Notes: generated from the sequence alone by a model not told the origin. A DNA stretch of 64,000 bases from Octopus sinensis (GCF_006345805.1 NC_043015.1:34596001-34660000); one strand, 5' to 3'. Shown: positions 1 through 14,758, counted from the first letter of the stretch. Program-made: numbers and translations.

Positions 1-21
1 ACACACATGCACGCACATATA

Positions 22-174
22 ACAGGTTTCATTCACTTTCCATCTACCAAATCTACTCACAAGGCTTTGGTTGGTCTGAGACTATAATAGAAGACACTTG
101 CTCAAGGTTTCATGCAATAGGACTAAACCTGGAATCATTTGGTTGAGAAGGAAACTTCTTACCTCACAGCCATG
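22..174 (-). mobile_element. tRNA-derived SINE, family A
   Basis: Homologous to 5323-5487, 33619-33745 and 48255-48390 (ccaaatccactcacaaggctttggt...gaagacacttgcccaagg). Confidence 0.8.
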
Positions 175-2003
175 TCCAAACTTCACAATAAATGGAAACT
201 TAAACTGTTGTATTGCTAATGTCTTTAGCAAAATATTTCCATTTTTTTCTGTCCATAAAGTACCTCAATGATGTAAAATATTGTTAGGATCTGTTTATCA
301 CCATAGTGATTTATAAGATACAGATTTCCTATACGTTTATTTTTTTTTTTTGTAAATAGATGCAAATATGAAGTAAAAAAAAAACCCTGATAACATTAAT
401 TCACTAACAGTCTAAAATGTGAAGAATATTCTGTGACAATGATGAATATTACTGCATGTAAGGCATATTTAATATTGGGGATATTCTGGTGGGGTTTTAC
501 ACAAGACAAAACTAAATTTGCAGAGAAATATATTTTCATTCTCTAAAGTATTTTCCATTTCTTCTTTGTTGGAAAATGTCAAAATATGACAAAAGTAAGA
601 TGCAGCTCCTTCTTCCCCTTCTATGTCCAGCATGTTTAACTACATTTTTTCTTTTACAGTTAGACTTCATATCATTTGGATTTCTTCACTGATACAAGAC
701 TTTGATTTGAAGCATGTGTGAATTCTTTAGTTGTTACACTTGATTAGCTTGTATGTCTCCAGTGATATTTGCAAAGAATTCTTCAGCCAATTCCACAACC
801 ACTTGAGGTTATAAATGGTAAATGATAGAGAGATCCTATTGTTGCCTGGTTGACCAGCATATCAAAATAAGTTTCTAAGGTCAGTTAGTAATTAATGGTC
901 AGTTCTAAGATGTTGGTATTGGTACTATAAATGTTGGTTCTTTTTAAGAGTTTAGAAAAGTAGAAAGTTGTTTCAATCCTAGCTGACAAATAATATTACT
1001 TTACAATGTAAAATATTCCATACTGTTTACTGTGGTATTTTTTTTATATGATTCTTTATTTTTTCTGTATGTCCTTATATTTGCTACTGCAGCTTCCATC
1101 ATCATTTCCTTATGAAAAACACTATCATCATATCCAAGGATGCAGAAAATCCCTTTTCCTTCGAGTCTTGAAATACCGCTAACCATACAATAGTAGAACA
1201 AATAGATTTCATACCTTAGTCAGCCGAAATGGCCCAAAACAAGTTCCATCTTCACCATCTAGTTTAGTATGAAAATTACTATTCCAGAATAGTTCCAACT
1301 CCAAAACTGAACTCGTGTAAAGTCAATAGATATCATCAATCTTAGTTGTCATCTCAATTCACGAGTTGTTGTTGTTAAATTTTCTCTTTCTTCCAATAGT
1401 TGCTGTCACACTTCTTCTCCCTTCTTCCTTCATATCATTCCAGTTTCATTCCTTATTGAGACCATTAGATGCCTGTAATTCCCTGATTCTCTCATCAGAT
1501 TCCCATTACACACTTCATTAGATAATCAATATATATTGACAGCACTTAGATTGTCTGCATTAATCAAATAGATGCTATATATTGTATCAGGAGCTATTTA
1601 TCAATATTTCTATGTAATATATTCAGTGGTTGTTTGGGTCATCTCTTTATTACAGTTTAAATACTGCTCTGCTCTGACAACAATCAGCTTGCTTCTCCAT
1701 CTATTTCCAATGAAAACTTCACATTATAAATATCTACCATCTTCAAAACCCAACAGTCCTAAATCTAAACTCCCTCCCCTTCTATTTTTTCAGATTCTGC
1801 ACAAGTCATGAGTATAGTTTATTCTCGTTAACTAAATTAAATTATCACTTTATTAATTTCACACCTAACTGACTATTGGTTTATGGGTAGCTGCCCTTCT
1901 ATCATCAGTGGATTTATATCATAATCACGTGTGTCAGTCACTGTTTCTGTTTTCTTACCTCTACCACTTCTCTTTCTCTCTCTCTTTCATAACCATACAC
2001 ACA

Positions 2004-2070
<67 letters not shown>

Positions 2071-4357
2071 CAGTGGTTTTATTTCAAACATACTAATCTC
2101 TTAGGTTGCTTCCATTTACTGTGATTACCGGACCCTTGTATTTTCTGAATTTATTCAACCTTGTGAAATAAATATTATTACATCAATTCCTGTATAAAAA
2201 TAACTTTCTATAAAAAGAATTTGATTGTGGAAAATGCCTTGTGCTCAATGTTCTGCTCCCTGTGATCCATTCCTCTAGGATTGATAAATAAAGTCATCAT
2301 GTACTGGAGTCTATTATTTTTTCTCTCTCTGCCTCTTCTTTTCTCTCTCTATATATATCTCTCTGAATCAAGTCTACTGTATAAGGTCATAAGGACCACT
2401 TACGGTGCCCATTGTCTCCTACAAATGAAGGATAAAACACAAACTACAGTAAGTCTCCATAGAATATAATGGCTATGAATGAACTGATGTGATAAACTGA
2501 TGTGATATACAGCATGGAGTAATGGAAAGAGATTCTCATACCTCAAGAAATCTTTTATTTACATTTGATCATCTCTTAGAGTCATTAGTAGTGTTAAAGT
2601 CAACTGGAAACATACAATTGTAAGTTTGATAAATAAAGTGAGTTTTAGTGTTAAACTTCTCCTCACAGGGATCTCAGTATTGCATCTGTGTTTATTAGAT
2701 GAACATCTTGGGAAACCACTTTAATATGCAGTCTCCTTTAGTCTGTCTAATTAAAAGGAGCTGTGTATTAGAAGAGATTTGCCAAGAAATCAGGCACCAA
2801 AATTCTACTGGAAGTTTGATGTCATTAAGTTTATTTTGTTACAGAAATTCTACACTCACACACTCACACACACACACATCCTCTAACACCCACTTTTCCA
2901 CACAAGGTTGCAGATTACCTCAAGAACATAACATCATTTAAACACACACACACATGCATGCATGCACACACCCGCACCTCATTAATCCTTGTATATTATT
3001 AATAGGAATCCAAGCACGCATACACCTCATCACTCATGCAAACATATGTTCACAGCTTGCCCACACAATCTCTCTATTCCAATCCCTTTCAAACGTACCC
3101 TGCTTATGCTTCTCTACTCCTCCTTTCTTCTATTCCTGCTTGTCTTAACTTCACCCCAAATAACCATGCCTTCTCTATCAAACCCTTGCTTCATTCATTC
3201 ATCCATTCTGGTATTTCTGTTGTTATTCTTTACATTCCCGTTTTCTTCCTTGGTCATATGAGCAAATGCACTCACCTTCGTTTATTGAGTTCTCTTCACA
3301 CAAATTTTTTCTTGCTCCCCTCACCCACCCATTTCTAGTTTTTCTTCTGTCATTGATCATACTCTCCTATTTCACTGTTTAGTTCACACATCTTAGGTAT
3401 TGAGTACTTTTTTACAATTATTGCACACTAAGCCCCACCTCCAGTATTGGTGACACAATGGAAAGTCTTCCTCCTCCTCCTCCCACACTTCCTCTTGATA
3501 GATTGATGAGTAAGACATTCCCTAGTATTTGTGCCACAAGAAAATTCCCCCATTATACACTGTAAAGTGGTTGGCTGTTAGAAAGGCATCCAGCTATAGA
3601 AACCAAACCAAACTATCATGTATAAACACTGGTCTATGAGAACAATCACTATTAATAACAAATGACTCAGACTACCATGAGCCATCCGACCCATGCCAAC
3701 ATGGAAGGCAGATGTGAAAATGATGATGATGGTATGAAACATTTAGTTGGAATTGTTTGGGGAATGATTGTATTGCAACTACATATCTTGAGAAGCTGTC
3801 ATAATTAATGCACAGTCAACTATGAGATTCTACAAATCACTTGCTTCCTAAAAATACCTTTTACCTTGCTTTGGAACTAATAGATTCTGGAAATTTGATA
3901 TGTAATCTTCCAAGAGAGTGGGTAATAGAGTTAAACACCAAAAAAGAGTAGGCATGGAATTTAACATCTTTGAATGATGTTGATTTTGATTTAATCTGTA
4001 AAATTCTAAGACAAATGTTATGATTGCTAATATTAGCAACTCAGTTGTGAAATAGAAACGGCAACAGTTGTCAGTGAGGTTCCGTTTGAAGACATCATTC
4101 TCTCTCTACTTCTCTAATATCACTTGATATTGCATGGGGGGAAAGGAATGAATCTGTAGTTAATTAGGAGCCATCACTGAACAAAATATCACATTTTCAC
4201 CTAAAGAAATTCTATGATATTATTCAGAATAAATGAATATTTCATTTAAAAAATAAAAACATACTTCTTCAAATTTGAAGTAGAAGAAAAGAGAGTAAAA
4301 ATTACACTTATTTTCCATTTCTCTTCCTTTCTGAAATTTAAAATGTTTGTTTATTAT

Positions 4358-4570
4358 TCTTTTACTTTTACTTGTTTCAGTCATTTGACTATCGCCATGC
4401 TGGAGCACTGCCTTAAAGGGTGTTAGTCAAAGAAATTGACTCCAGGATTTATTCTTTGTAAGCCTAGTACCTATTCTATCTGTTTCTTTTGCCGAATTGC
4501 TAAGTTACGGGGGACATAAACACACCAGCATCAGTTGTCAAGCGATGGTGAGGGGACAAACACAGACATA
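4358..4570 (-). mobile_element. SINE family C with a LINE-derived 3' end
   Basis: Homologous to 48100-48230, 30875-30935 and 47460-47630. The minus-strand 3' end is ggcagtgctccagcatggcgatagtcaaatgactgaaacaagtaaaa. Confidence 0.8.
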
Positions 4571-5281
4571 CACACACAAATATATACATATATACTAAAT
4601 TATCCATGACCTGTTGGGTCGCTGGGAAAGTCTGAGTTTCCCAGAAACAGAGTTTTGTTTCTTGTTTTTTTTTTTCCTTTTCTAGGTGATTTCACATGCT
4701 TTCAGCGAATGACATCAAAATCACACGTAAACAGCTCCTTTCCCCAGAAAAAGGAAAGATTTGGTTGCTATTTCTTGCATGCCCTGCTACCACATAGCAA
4801 GTATTTCAGGTCCTTTATTGCAGATAGCTGTTGCATAGTAGCAGAATGTAATAGAAACAGCAGCCAAATCTTTGGAGGTGAGATACATTGAATACACTTG
4901 AAAGAAACCAATAGAAAAAAACTATTTCACACCAAGGTGACGAACGGATCTTATACAAAAATTTATTGTATTTTTAAAGTCATTTTCGCTTTAAAATATT
5001 TTACCCATCATAATGTGTCTAATGGAGAGGCTAGAGTTTCTTCCCTTTCAGGGTTAAGTTATTTTCTGAATATTTTTTGCTCATTATGCAGTTTTGGGTA
5101 TTTATACCCTCAAAGCCCTAAATATTTCAATAACCACTGGTCAGATTTATGTGAAACTTGTTTTATTCCATCTGTATTCACATTTCAGGGCACTTTACTT
5201 TCATAATATTTTCCCATTATGTGCCTGTTTGGCTGTGTAACCTTGCAAGCAAGCAAGATTTAAGTTTATTTTTTGTATTCT

Positions 5282-5322
<41 letters not shown>

Positions 5323-5324
<2 letters not shown>

Positions 5325-5487
5325 GATGAGCTTCTTCCGGTTTCCATCTGCCAAATCCACTCACAAGGATTTGGTTGGCCCAAGGCTTATAGAAGAAGAC
5401 ACTTACCCAAGGTGTCATGCGGTGGGACTGAATCTGGAACTGTGTGGTTGAGAAGCAAGCTTCTTACCACACAGCCACTCCTGCACC
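5323..5487 (-). mobile_element. tRNA-derived SINE, family A
   Basis: Minus-strand head GGTGCAGGAGTGGCTGTGTGGTAAGAAG with A-box-like TGGCTGTGTGG and B-box-like ATTCAGTCC, plus a microsatellite tail. Confidence 0.85.
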
Positions 5488-6605
5488 TATTATCATCATC
5501 ATCATCATCATCATTATTTTGCACATGTATAAAATAATCTTTTTAAGGATACTCTTGCCTTCTAAATGGCATTAAGAAAGAAACTTAATTTTTCTTCTTC
5601 CTCCTTTTTCTGTTATCACCACCAGAAAACTGTATAGAAAATGAGGAAATATAGAATTATATTAATCTAAAAGCTAAAATTTTCCATTTCCTCTTCAATG
5701 TTTTTATTAAACTAAGGCATTTCTGATTTTTCCTTATTGGATTTGTATTCAATGAAATGCTGAAGAATTGCTTAAAAACAAATACACACACACACACACA
5801 CACACATACATACATACATATGTGTATGTGTCTAGAAAAGATAGCCCCTCATAATGGAAAAACGATTCCAGTATACAAAGTTATTGATCTTAGCTTTTAT
5901 TGGCAAATTTAATGGACAATTTTGCTTTCAAAATTCTAAACTAAAAGAATATAGGTAAAAGAAAGAAATCTAGAGTTGAGGTAAATATTGTTTAGAAATA
6001 TATGATGCTAAGTTTTATTTTATCTGCTAGATTCTCTTTAATACTTCTTCAACATTCCTCAATTCGAGCAGCTTTTTCTAAAAGAACGCAGCAGGTTATC
6101 ACGACTATCCAACCAGGACAACTAATAATGTCCTTTGATTAATGACTGGCATCATTCTTTGCATCAACTTTTTTCTCTGGTGAGACTATTGCAAAGTGCT
6201 GCACTGGTTAAGATTCTTTAGTGTTATAATGATATAGGATTACCATATCCTTTTAACATTGTCAGCAAACCAGTAGTTATACATTCTTGTGAATCTTTCC
6301 CATCCACTCTAAAGAGGTTACCCATGGCAAGAACAAGAGTACACTTTGACACCTGTGTCATTGCAAATGTTGCTATTAGGACACAAACACCTGGATCAGA
6401 TATTACAACACTTCCCATACAATACTCAGACAAATTTGCCACAACTCTGAACTGGTATTTGAATTATTCATTTCAAAATGATAAAGGCACAGTAATCTTG
6501 ACGTTATTTGAAATCAGAATGCAGTGAGCCATTCTATTTGATGCCTTAACCAATTTGCCAAGTCTCTGCCTTTACAAAAGAATTTTACACAATTCAACAG
6601 TAGTA

Positions 6606-6637
<32 letters not shown>

Positions 6638-7532
6638 CATGTATGTATGACTATGCTTTTTTTTATTTATTTGAATTCTTTCTAGGAGGAGGGAACTAAT
6701 ATCTAGCAAAAACTCCGTCACTGGAATTTGAATAAGAACAATGATGATTGTTACATATGTATGCAAGTATGTATTTATGCATCTACATATGTGCACATTG
6801 ATACACACATACTAACCATCTTAAATCCCAGTTTTAGAATCTGTCTGTGCCTGACAGTGATTCCAAAGATCTTATATAGATCCATAAGTTCCACAGATCT
6901 GATAGCTACAAAATGTTGTAAATTCACATTAGATATAGTTAAATACAGGTCTGGCAGCTTTGGAGAAAAGTTATATTAGAGTAGTGTCTCTAAATTGTTA
7001 AATTATTCTTATCTTACACACACACAAACACACACACACACGTGTATGTATTACCCTAATACCTTAGTATGCTCAATTGGTTGTGATTGGTGTACATTAA
7101 AATAGTGTTTGTAAATTATCTCATAATTTTTACCACATACACACACAATATCTGCATTCAACAATTCCTTTATTTTCTGTCAAATACCAATTCACCTAGT
7201 GCTTATAAGTTTGTTTACATTCTCACATTCCAAAAGCCATTATTTAGCATTATAAAAGGGTAGTATATATTGTCAGGGATCTCTTAGCTTCATGGTACAG
7301 AATTCTCATCCAGAATTTGATAGGGACAGGCATCAATTCTCTATAGCAGCTTGCTGGCCACTTTCTTATTTTTCTAAATCTTTTTTCTGTTTACTAAACT
7401 GTTATCACAGCTATCCTGCATTGAAGAATTCCTTTATTTTCTGTGGAATATCAACTCAGTCAGTGCTTATAAATTTGTTTACAACATGTTCTCATATATA
7501 TATATATATATATATAATATATATATATATAT

Positions 7533-7920
7533 TCTAGTTTATTTTTAACCTGATGAGTGGCTATACTTATATCAAAGTGATTTTACTACTACTATTAATT
7601 TTTTTACTATAATCATTTCTTAAATATAGTCACAAAACATGTGTCGTTATTCTACCAAATATATACGTTTTTATTATTTTGCAATTTACTTAATCATCAG
7701 TATATTATTGTTATTTTAATTTTAATATTTCTACTATATATAATTTTCTAGATGGTGTAATTTAATTGTTCATTTTGTATTGATAAAAGGTGGTTTTTTC
7801 TAATTTTTATATATATATATTATATTTTGTGAAATTTGATTTAGTATTTCTAAATTGAATTTTTCCCTGTAAGTTAGGAATAATATTCCCTCAAATAATT
7901 ATAATTATTTTTATAATTAT
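7533..7920 (+). mobile_element. Probable Penelope-like element terminal fragment or retrozyme-like insert between (TA)n tracts
   Basis: Non-coding AT-rich block flanked on both sides by (TA)n and starting with a hammerhead motif. PLE terminal repeats are known to carry minimal type I hammerheads. Confidence 0.45.
7546..7649 (+). ncRNA. Type I hammerhead ribozyme motif, degenerate (GAAA core reads AAAA)
   Basis: TAAC-CTGATGA-GTGGCTATA...TATAGTCAC-AAAAC-ATGT-GTC-GTTA: 4-bp stem I, 9-bp stem II with one G-U pair, minimal stem III with a palindromic ACATGT, and a GUC cleavage triplet. Confidence 0.6.
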
Positions 7921-10900
7921 TATATATATATATATCATCGTAGCTTCTGTAGCTGGATGCCCTTCCTAAGACCAACCACTACAGACTGTAATGGGTGCTT
8001 TTCTTGTGCCACCAGCACTCGTGAGGTTGCCAAGTAATTTGCAAGAAAGGAAGAGAAAAGGAAGAATGAAAAAGTGAGGGAGAAAAAGAAAAAAAAATAG
8101 GAAAAAGCTTTCTGGATTAAATGGAGTTGGTTAGTATTTGAGGGAGGGAGGAGAGATGATGATTCTCTGCTGGGTGTTGAGAGGAGCTTGCAACAGAGAT
8201 ACAAGGGGCTGCTCTCTATCTAAGGGTCAGTGGAAAGCTGTAGTGATGGGTCGCTGGAGTAGCTCAAGATACAAGGTGCATGTATGAGGTGGGAGGAGGG
8301 ATGGAGATCAAGGTGAATGGAGTGAGTGTTGGTGAGAGATGTAGGAGTGGCTGTGTGAGGGATAAGTGAGAGTATTGAGAGAAGTGTTAGCAGAGGAGTA
8401 GAGCAGAGGAGAGAGAGAGAGAGAGAGAGAGAGCAATTGCTAAAGGTTCAAAAAGGAAGTGATTGGTGGAAATAGGACAGGGATGGAAGGGGTTCTGGGG
8501 TGGGGGGGAGAAGGGAATTGGAAGGAAGGGGGTGTAATATAAGCTTATCCTGTTCTTAGGTGATTACAGCAGCCAAGTAGTATCATAAATTGAGAAATGA
8601 TGAGTCTTAGGGATGAGATGTAGGAGTAAAGCTTGATAGAGCAGTGAGAGAGAGAGAGAGGAGTGAGACAGGATGTCAACAGATGCAAGCTTGAGCAAGT
8701 TTCTTTTGGATATCATTTCTACTGGGATGGATGAGTCTTCTTAGGCACAGCAAATTGACAATCAATTCAGTCCTTTGTCCTCTCTGTAAGGTTCATCATC
8801 TTAAGATCAGTCCTCATCACTTTGTCCCATATCCTCATGGGTCTCCCTCATCCATAAGTTCTATCCACATTAGGTGACTGCTACTTTTTTGTGGTGTTGT
8901 CCCCATATATGTGTGTGTGTGTGTGTGTGGTGTGTGTGTGTGTGCGTGTGTATCATCATCATTAAGATTTTATCCTTTGCTGCAATATTTTAAGTAAAAA
9001 TCTTTCTTGTTCTCTACTTTCCCAAGTCTAATAACTTGTCCTGAACTTTTCCAAATTTATAATCTTAATAATATTATTTCTCTTGCTCGCATTATTCCAT
9101 GTAATATATATATGTGTATGTATGTATGTATGTATGTGTGTGCGTGTGTATCTGTGTGTATCCATATATATAAATATGCATGTATGTATGAACGAACACA
9201 TATGCACGTGTGCACATACACACACACGCACACACACACACACACATACACACACACACGCACACACACATTCATACATTCTGAATGCATGCTGAAGAAT
9301 AACAAACAATTTTCCATTGAGATTTGTTACTGATCAAAACTGCAGCACCATTCTCTCGTTGTGGCCATTGTGTGCAACATTGAGATGTGAAGTGTATTCC
9401 AAAGCCATTCTTCTAATTTTGTCGTCTTTAGCAGAAAACATCAACAGAGGAATTTGAAATAATGATCTTTTGATTAATCAAAAACTGATTTTCCTTATTT
9501 ATCTAGAATATTTTTCTCTTCTCTACTTCTTTTTCTCTTTTTCACTCTATTATCACCTCTCTTTTTCTCCTTTCTTACTCTATCTTCTCTTACCACAATA
9601 CATGGAAGTTATATTATGAATAAAGGCGTTTACAGAAGATTCCATTTATGTTATATAATACTTATATGATTTTCTGTGAAACACCTCACTTCCAGTCTTT
9701 CAAACTTCTGCTTTCATTATCACAACCTCACATTCAAGTAGAATAGCTGTAAGAAATTGCTCCAGATTCCTGCTAATTCCATTTTAAGAACTTTAACACT
9801 TTCACAGTAATTCCATATCTCTTGTGTGATTTCAGCAGCATGAATGAAAGTTGGTTCAATCTATCACACAAATATATATCATTTGCTATATATATATATA
9901 TATAAATTTAAAATAATAAAGGTGAAAAATTGAATATTAATTTGATTAATATCAATTTAAAACCAGTGGTCTAGCATATTAAAATCTGAAGATTCAGAGA
10001 AATTATATACATATAAGAGGGATGACCACATAGTACTAGTGTTCTGTTGCAAGACTATTTTCTAGCACCAATATTCCAAAGTACCAATATTCTATAGTTG
10101 TAATATTTTGCTGAAATCCAGCTAAGATTATCGTTACCATTCTTCCATGTTCTTTTAATTTTCCAGTTTAACGAAGACAGCCAAGGCAGAAAATTTAATC
10201 CTATTTCCCGACTCCGTAAAATATGAAGCCATCATACCGTTTGTGATTGCTGAACGTGGCACCAAATTTGATTCTGCAGCATGAGATATCTTTTTAATAT
10301 GGTTTCTTCACTTTTGAATTTTTACCCAATAAGGAAACCAAAAACTAGGATCCAAAGTAAGCAATTTATATATTTTTTAAAACTTGATAATCCTGTTTAT
10401 GTGGGTCAGCTTGTGGTACTCTGTGAATTGGATTATAGCAGTGAGCATTGGTTTATGGTGTTGTGTGGGTTGGGTTACAGTACTGTGTGTGTTTGGTCAT
10501 GGTGTTATGTATCTAGGTTTCTGTGTATTGCTGTTCCTGAACAGCTTGATACAAATCCCAAATCATCAGCCACAGACAAGACATGAAACTCTTTCCAATG
10601 ACACTTGCAGGGACATTGCAATTTTTGTTTTTCTTTCTTTCCCAGCTTTGCAGAAACACTCACAGACACATACTCGTAGAAATGGTCTCCTTGTACTTCT
10701 TCATTGTCAACGGCATTTCTGACTTTCAGTCCATAGCCTCTCTGGTGACAATTCGGTCCTGTTGCAGATCTGCATGGTTTGAAGCACAGGTGACAGACAA
10801 AAGGTGCAACTTATTGTGCACATCCAGCTGATTAGATCTGCACATGTTGCCACTCTTCCATAGGACCTTCAGTGGATGGAATGACAAATGAGGTCACCAT

Positions 10901-11295
10901 GAAGAGACATCCGAACATCATTATAATGAAATATGCTTGTGCAACATGAGTACCACCCTCTGAAACTCTGTGGTCAGTACCTAGTGACAGGCCAAAGTGA
11001 GATGACCAGTAATCACATAAAAAAAGCAGATTTTTATATCAGAGTATCTCTCTCTTAGAAGGATGCTGTGACAACAGCTAGGAATCCCTCACTCCCAGTT
11101 GTTTTACTGCACATTTTGATTCCAACCAAGAGTATTTCTATATTCCCATTCTCAGATGGAATGTCTTCACAGATGCTAGTTAAGTCGTAGCTGGAACCTT
11201 GACAGGTGCTGCTACTCTGGGTCGGAGTAAGTCTGAGAATAATAGTGGCAAAAATGTGATTGTCTAGTGTTGGTGATGTCCTGTAGCCATATATG

Positions 11296-11297
11296 CA

Positions 11298-11328
<31 letters not shown>

Positions 11329-11496
11329 TACATTATTACCTGATTGAATGCCATGCATCCATTTCCAAGTAAGTTTATATATATGCATATATATATATAT
11401 ATATACACACATATATATATATATACATAACTATATATACATATATATATACACATGTATTTATATATATATATACACATGTATTTATGTATATAT

Positions 11497-11552
<56 letters not shown>

Positions 11553-11553
11553 A

Positions 11554-11623
<70 letters not shown>

Positions 11624-11665
11624 ACACATATATATATGTATGTATATATGTATGCACGTATATAT
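11296..11665. repeat. (TA)n-rich microsatellite
   Basis: Directly visible. Confidence 0.95.
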
Positions 11666-11667
11666 GC

Positions 11668-11743
11668 AATGTGAGATAATAGTTTCACTATGTATGTTAT
11701 ATACATAGTGAAAGTATTAATACTGAAACTATTATCTCACATT
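11668..11743. repeat. Nested short inverted repeats at a satellite edge
   Basis: Perfect 20-bp pair 11668-11687 / 11724-11743 and perfect 13-bp pair 11683-11695 / 11701-11713. Confidence 0.85.
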
Positions 11744-13098
11744 ACAATAGAGATGTTATTGTTTCACTTTTGACACGTAATACCGAAACAGTCCAAGAGA
11801 TTGCTAAGGGCTTGCATTAGGCAAGAAGTTGAAAATTTTTCAGCCAATGACACTCCATGGACCATTATTAGATATAGATGTGTATACATATTTTCTCTAA
11901 CACTGGATCCTCTGATGATGTCCCTCTCCCCTCCACTTCAGTTATGATAGACAATACACCATGCCATAGTAATCGCTACACTAAACTCAGTGTTTTACAT
12001 TCCAGGACATAAGCCTATATCGAAATATGGCTGCAAGCCCTTTTCTAACCATACATCTCATGAAAATCTCTGCATTTTGAATAATTTTTAAAATAATCAA
12101 GAATTTAGATAGTAAAATAATTCACTTTTTATAATTAAGCTGGTATTGGAACATAACGAAAGGTTCTTAAATATAATTTACACTTCCTAACTCTTTAAAG
12201 TAGTTTAGAAATTTTAGCTAGCCACCCAATTGTTTTTTTTAATCGCTCTTTGTTACTTCAACGAAATCTTCTCTGTTTTAGTTTTGGTCACCATTTTCTT
12301 TATTGCACCATGTATTTGTAAATAAGAAGTATTTGGTGAACACAACATGTTTAAGAAATATTCAAATATATTTATTAAAGTTGGTTGAAAAAGAAATCTA
12401 TCTTACAATTCCAAGTAATCAGCTTTTATTTCTGTAGTTCTTGTTCATTTCTTTTTCTTCACAGGAAGAAGTAATTCCATTGACAGGCAATAATTTTCAA
12501 ATTGCAATGGCATCGATCTATTCATTTTGTAAATTTTTAAGTCAGTCAAGAGTTCCATTTTCAGTTAAAGCCACAAGCTACATGGCACAAACAGCATTTC
12601 CTATTCAATTTTAAACTATTACAGTCTTTCCTAATATTAACTTTCCTGCTACAAGATATTCTTCATCATAATTTCATTTCAATCGTGAAACAAAAAATAG
12701 CTGTTCATTCCTCCCCCGTTGCCATCTTATTGTAAAAAAGAAAATTAAATTATAAGTGAAAATGAATTCTTAGTGTAGTAATTACAGTATCGGTTTATAG
12801 AAGAGAAAATATTGTTATGCTTGTGTAAATCATCAAATAAGCTATTGGCAAATCAGTTGTGAAAATAACAAATTGACTTGGCACATTTGAAAAATAATGC
12901 TTTCTTAACTTGAATCACTATTTTTATTGCTTATTTTCACGTTTCCATGAGAACTGACTGTACATAGAACCAACTTTATATGTGTGCAATGCTAATCAAT
13001 TTCCTCTACAGATGTTTGTGTTTGTATACGCTGCAATACAACCATGGTAACCCAGTCGTGAATGATCTAGTTGCCTTCATATATATATATATATATAT

Positions 13099-13134
<36 letters not shown>

Positions 13135-13258
13135 AGAGAGAGACAGACACACAGACAGGCAGACAAATGCACACATCTATAATTATACATATATATCTTT
13201 CTACTTAGATAGATAGATACTAGGTATCTATGTGTGTGTGTGTATACATGTGTGTGTT

Positions 13259-13301
<43 letters not shown>

Positions 13302-13972
13302 ATTTTAGGAAGTTAATTGTTATGGCTAGTCATAGAGTGACCATTGGTTCACACCTATAAAGCACTTAACCATATGGGCAACTCATCAGACTCAAAGTGC
13401 TTCTTTTTCGGACATATGAACTACTGATGAGGATGATGATGATGATGTGTGTGTGTGTGCATGAGTCATCATTCAATTGCCAATAGAGAGAGAACCGGTT
13501 TCTAACCTAGATCCAAGCCTCCTTCATTGGAATTTCAACATCAACAACAGGGTGTTTCTATTTGTTTGTTTGCTTGTTTGTTTGTCTGTATGTATGTATG
13601 TATGTATGTATGTATGTATGTCTGTCTGTCTGTCTCTATGTATGTCTGTCTGTCTGTCTGTCTGTCTGTATGCATGCATGCATGCATGTATGTATGTTAT
13701 CCCTGAACAGTTGCATTGTCCAAACTCCAAAATTCATGATTTGCCAGGTTATTCATAGAAAAAAAAAACATACAAACAATCTGTCTAATGATGGATTTTT
13801 AAACCTGAGAACCCTGAAGATTAATCATTAGTTTTTAATTAAGCCACAAAAATCAGTCTTCAATTATTTGTTAGTTCATTTCATCTGTTTACTTTTAAGG
13901 ACAATTTAAGTAATTCTGTAATGTTATCTCTCTCTGCATCAGTCACTTTACTATTCTATGGTCACGTTATCT

Positions 13973-13974
<2 letters not shown>

Positions 13975-14052
<78 letters not shown>

Positions 14053-14758
14053 TCTTTCAATTTATCTATCTGCCTTTATATCTAACTACCTTTCTGTCTG
14101 TCTGTTTCCACATCCCTCTTATACTGCTGCCAATTGAGATAATACATTGATTAACTAACAATAATTGGTTAGCATTCTGAAATATTCAGTTATTGCCCAT
14201 AGCCACCACCTGAAATAGTTTAGTGTTCAACTAACAATAATTAGTATCCTTCACTCTCCTGTTGCTGCCTTCTCTCTACAAACCTGGTAATTTAAGGAAC
14301 TAACAATATATGAACAATCTTTATGCCTTATTCTCTATTTCTTAATACAAAGTTTTATAGTAAACGATGTTGTAGCCACTGATGTAGAAGCATTCGACTC
14401 ATCTCTCTACTAAAACTAACCAATTAGTAACGACACCTCTCTGTAATAATATGATCTCCGTAGTTAGTTAGTTGAGCACTTAATAAGAAGAGGAGGAGAA
14501 TGGAATATTTAAATATTTTTCTTCTTCTATTAAAACCAAATTGAAAACATGAAGGACTTAACTTAATATTTCTCCAAACTAAGAATGATTTCATTTGTTC
14601 AAAGAGGAACACTTCCTGTCTCTGTTGTTTCTCACCTGAAATTCCCCCCCTCCCCATTAAATTCAACACCAGCATCTTATATTACAACTTTCTGCTATCT
14701 AACATCAAATTGATTTTCAGTGTAATTTTTATGGTGTTTCGTTATTGCTGGGAGATTT

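Noticed and set aside
5420-5487. tRNA gene
   Set aside because: The A/B-box-like head belongs to a multi-copy SINE; no intact cloverleaf is evident.
6060-6560. Coding-like, higher-complexity stretch (ORFs 6224-6442 and 6324-6527)
   Set aside because: No recognisable domain or convincing splice pair; probably decayed mobile DNA.
10590-10990. Possible LTR integrase or transposase relic
   Set aside because: Only vague motif resemblance across frameshifts; not supportable without a search.
11905-12030. CTGATGA-TGTCC...GGACA as a second hammerhead
   Set aside because: The stem is followed by TAAG rather than GAAA, and no stem I or III could be built.
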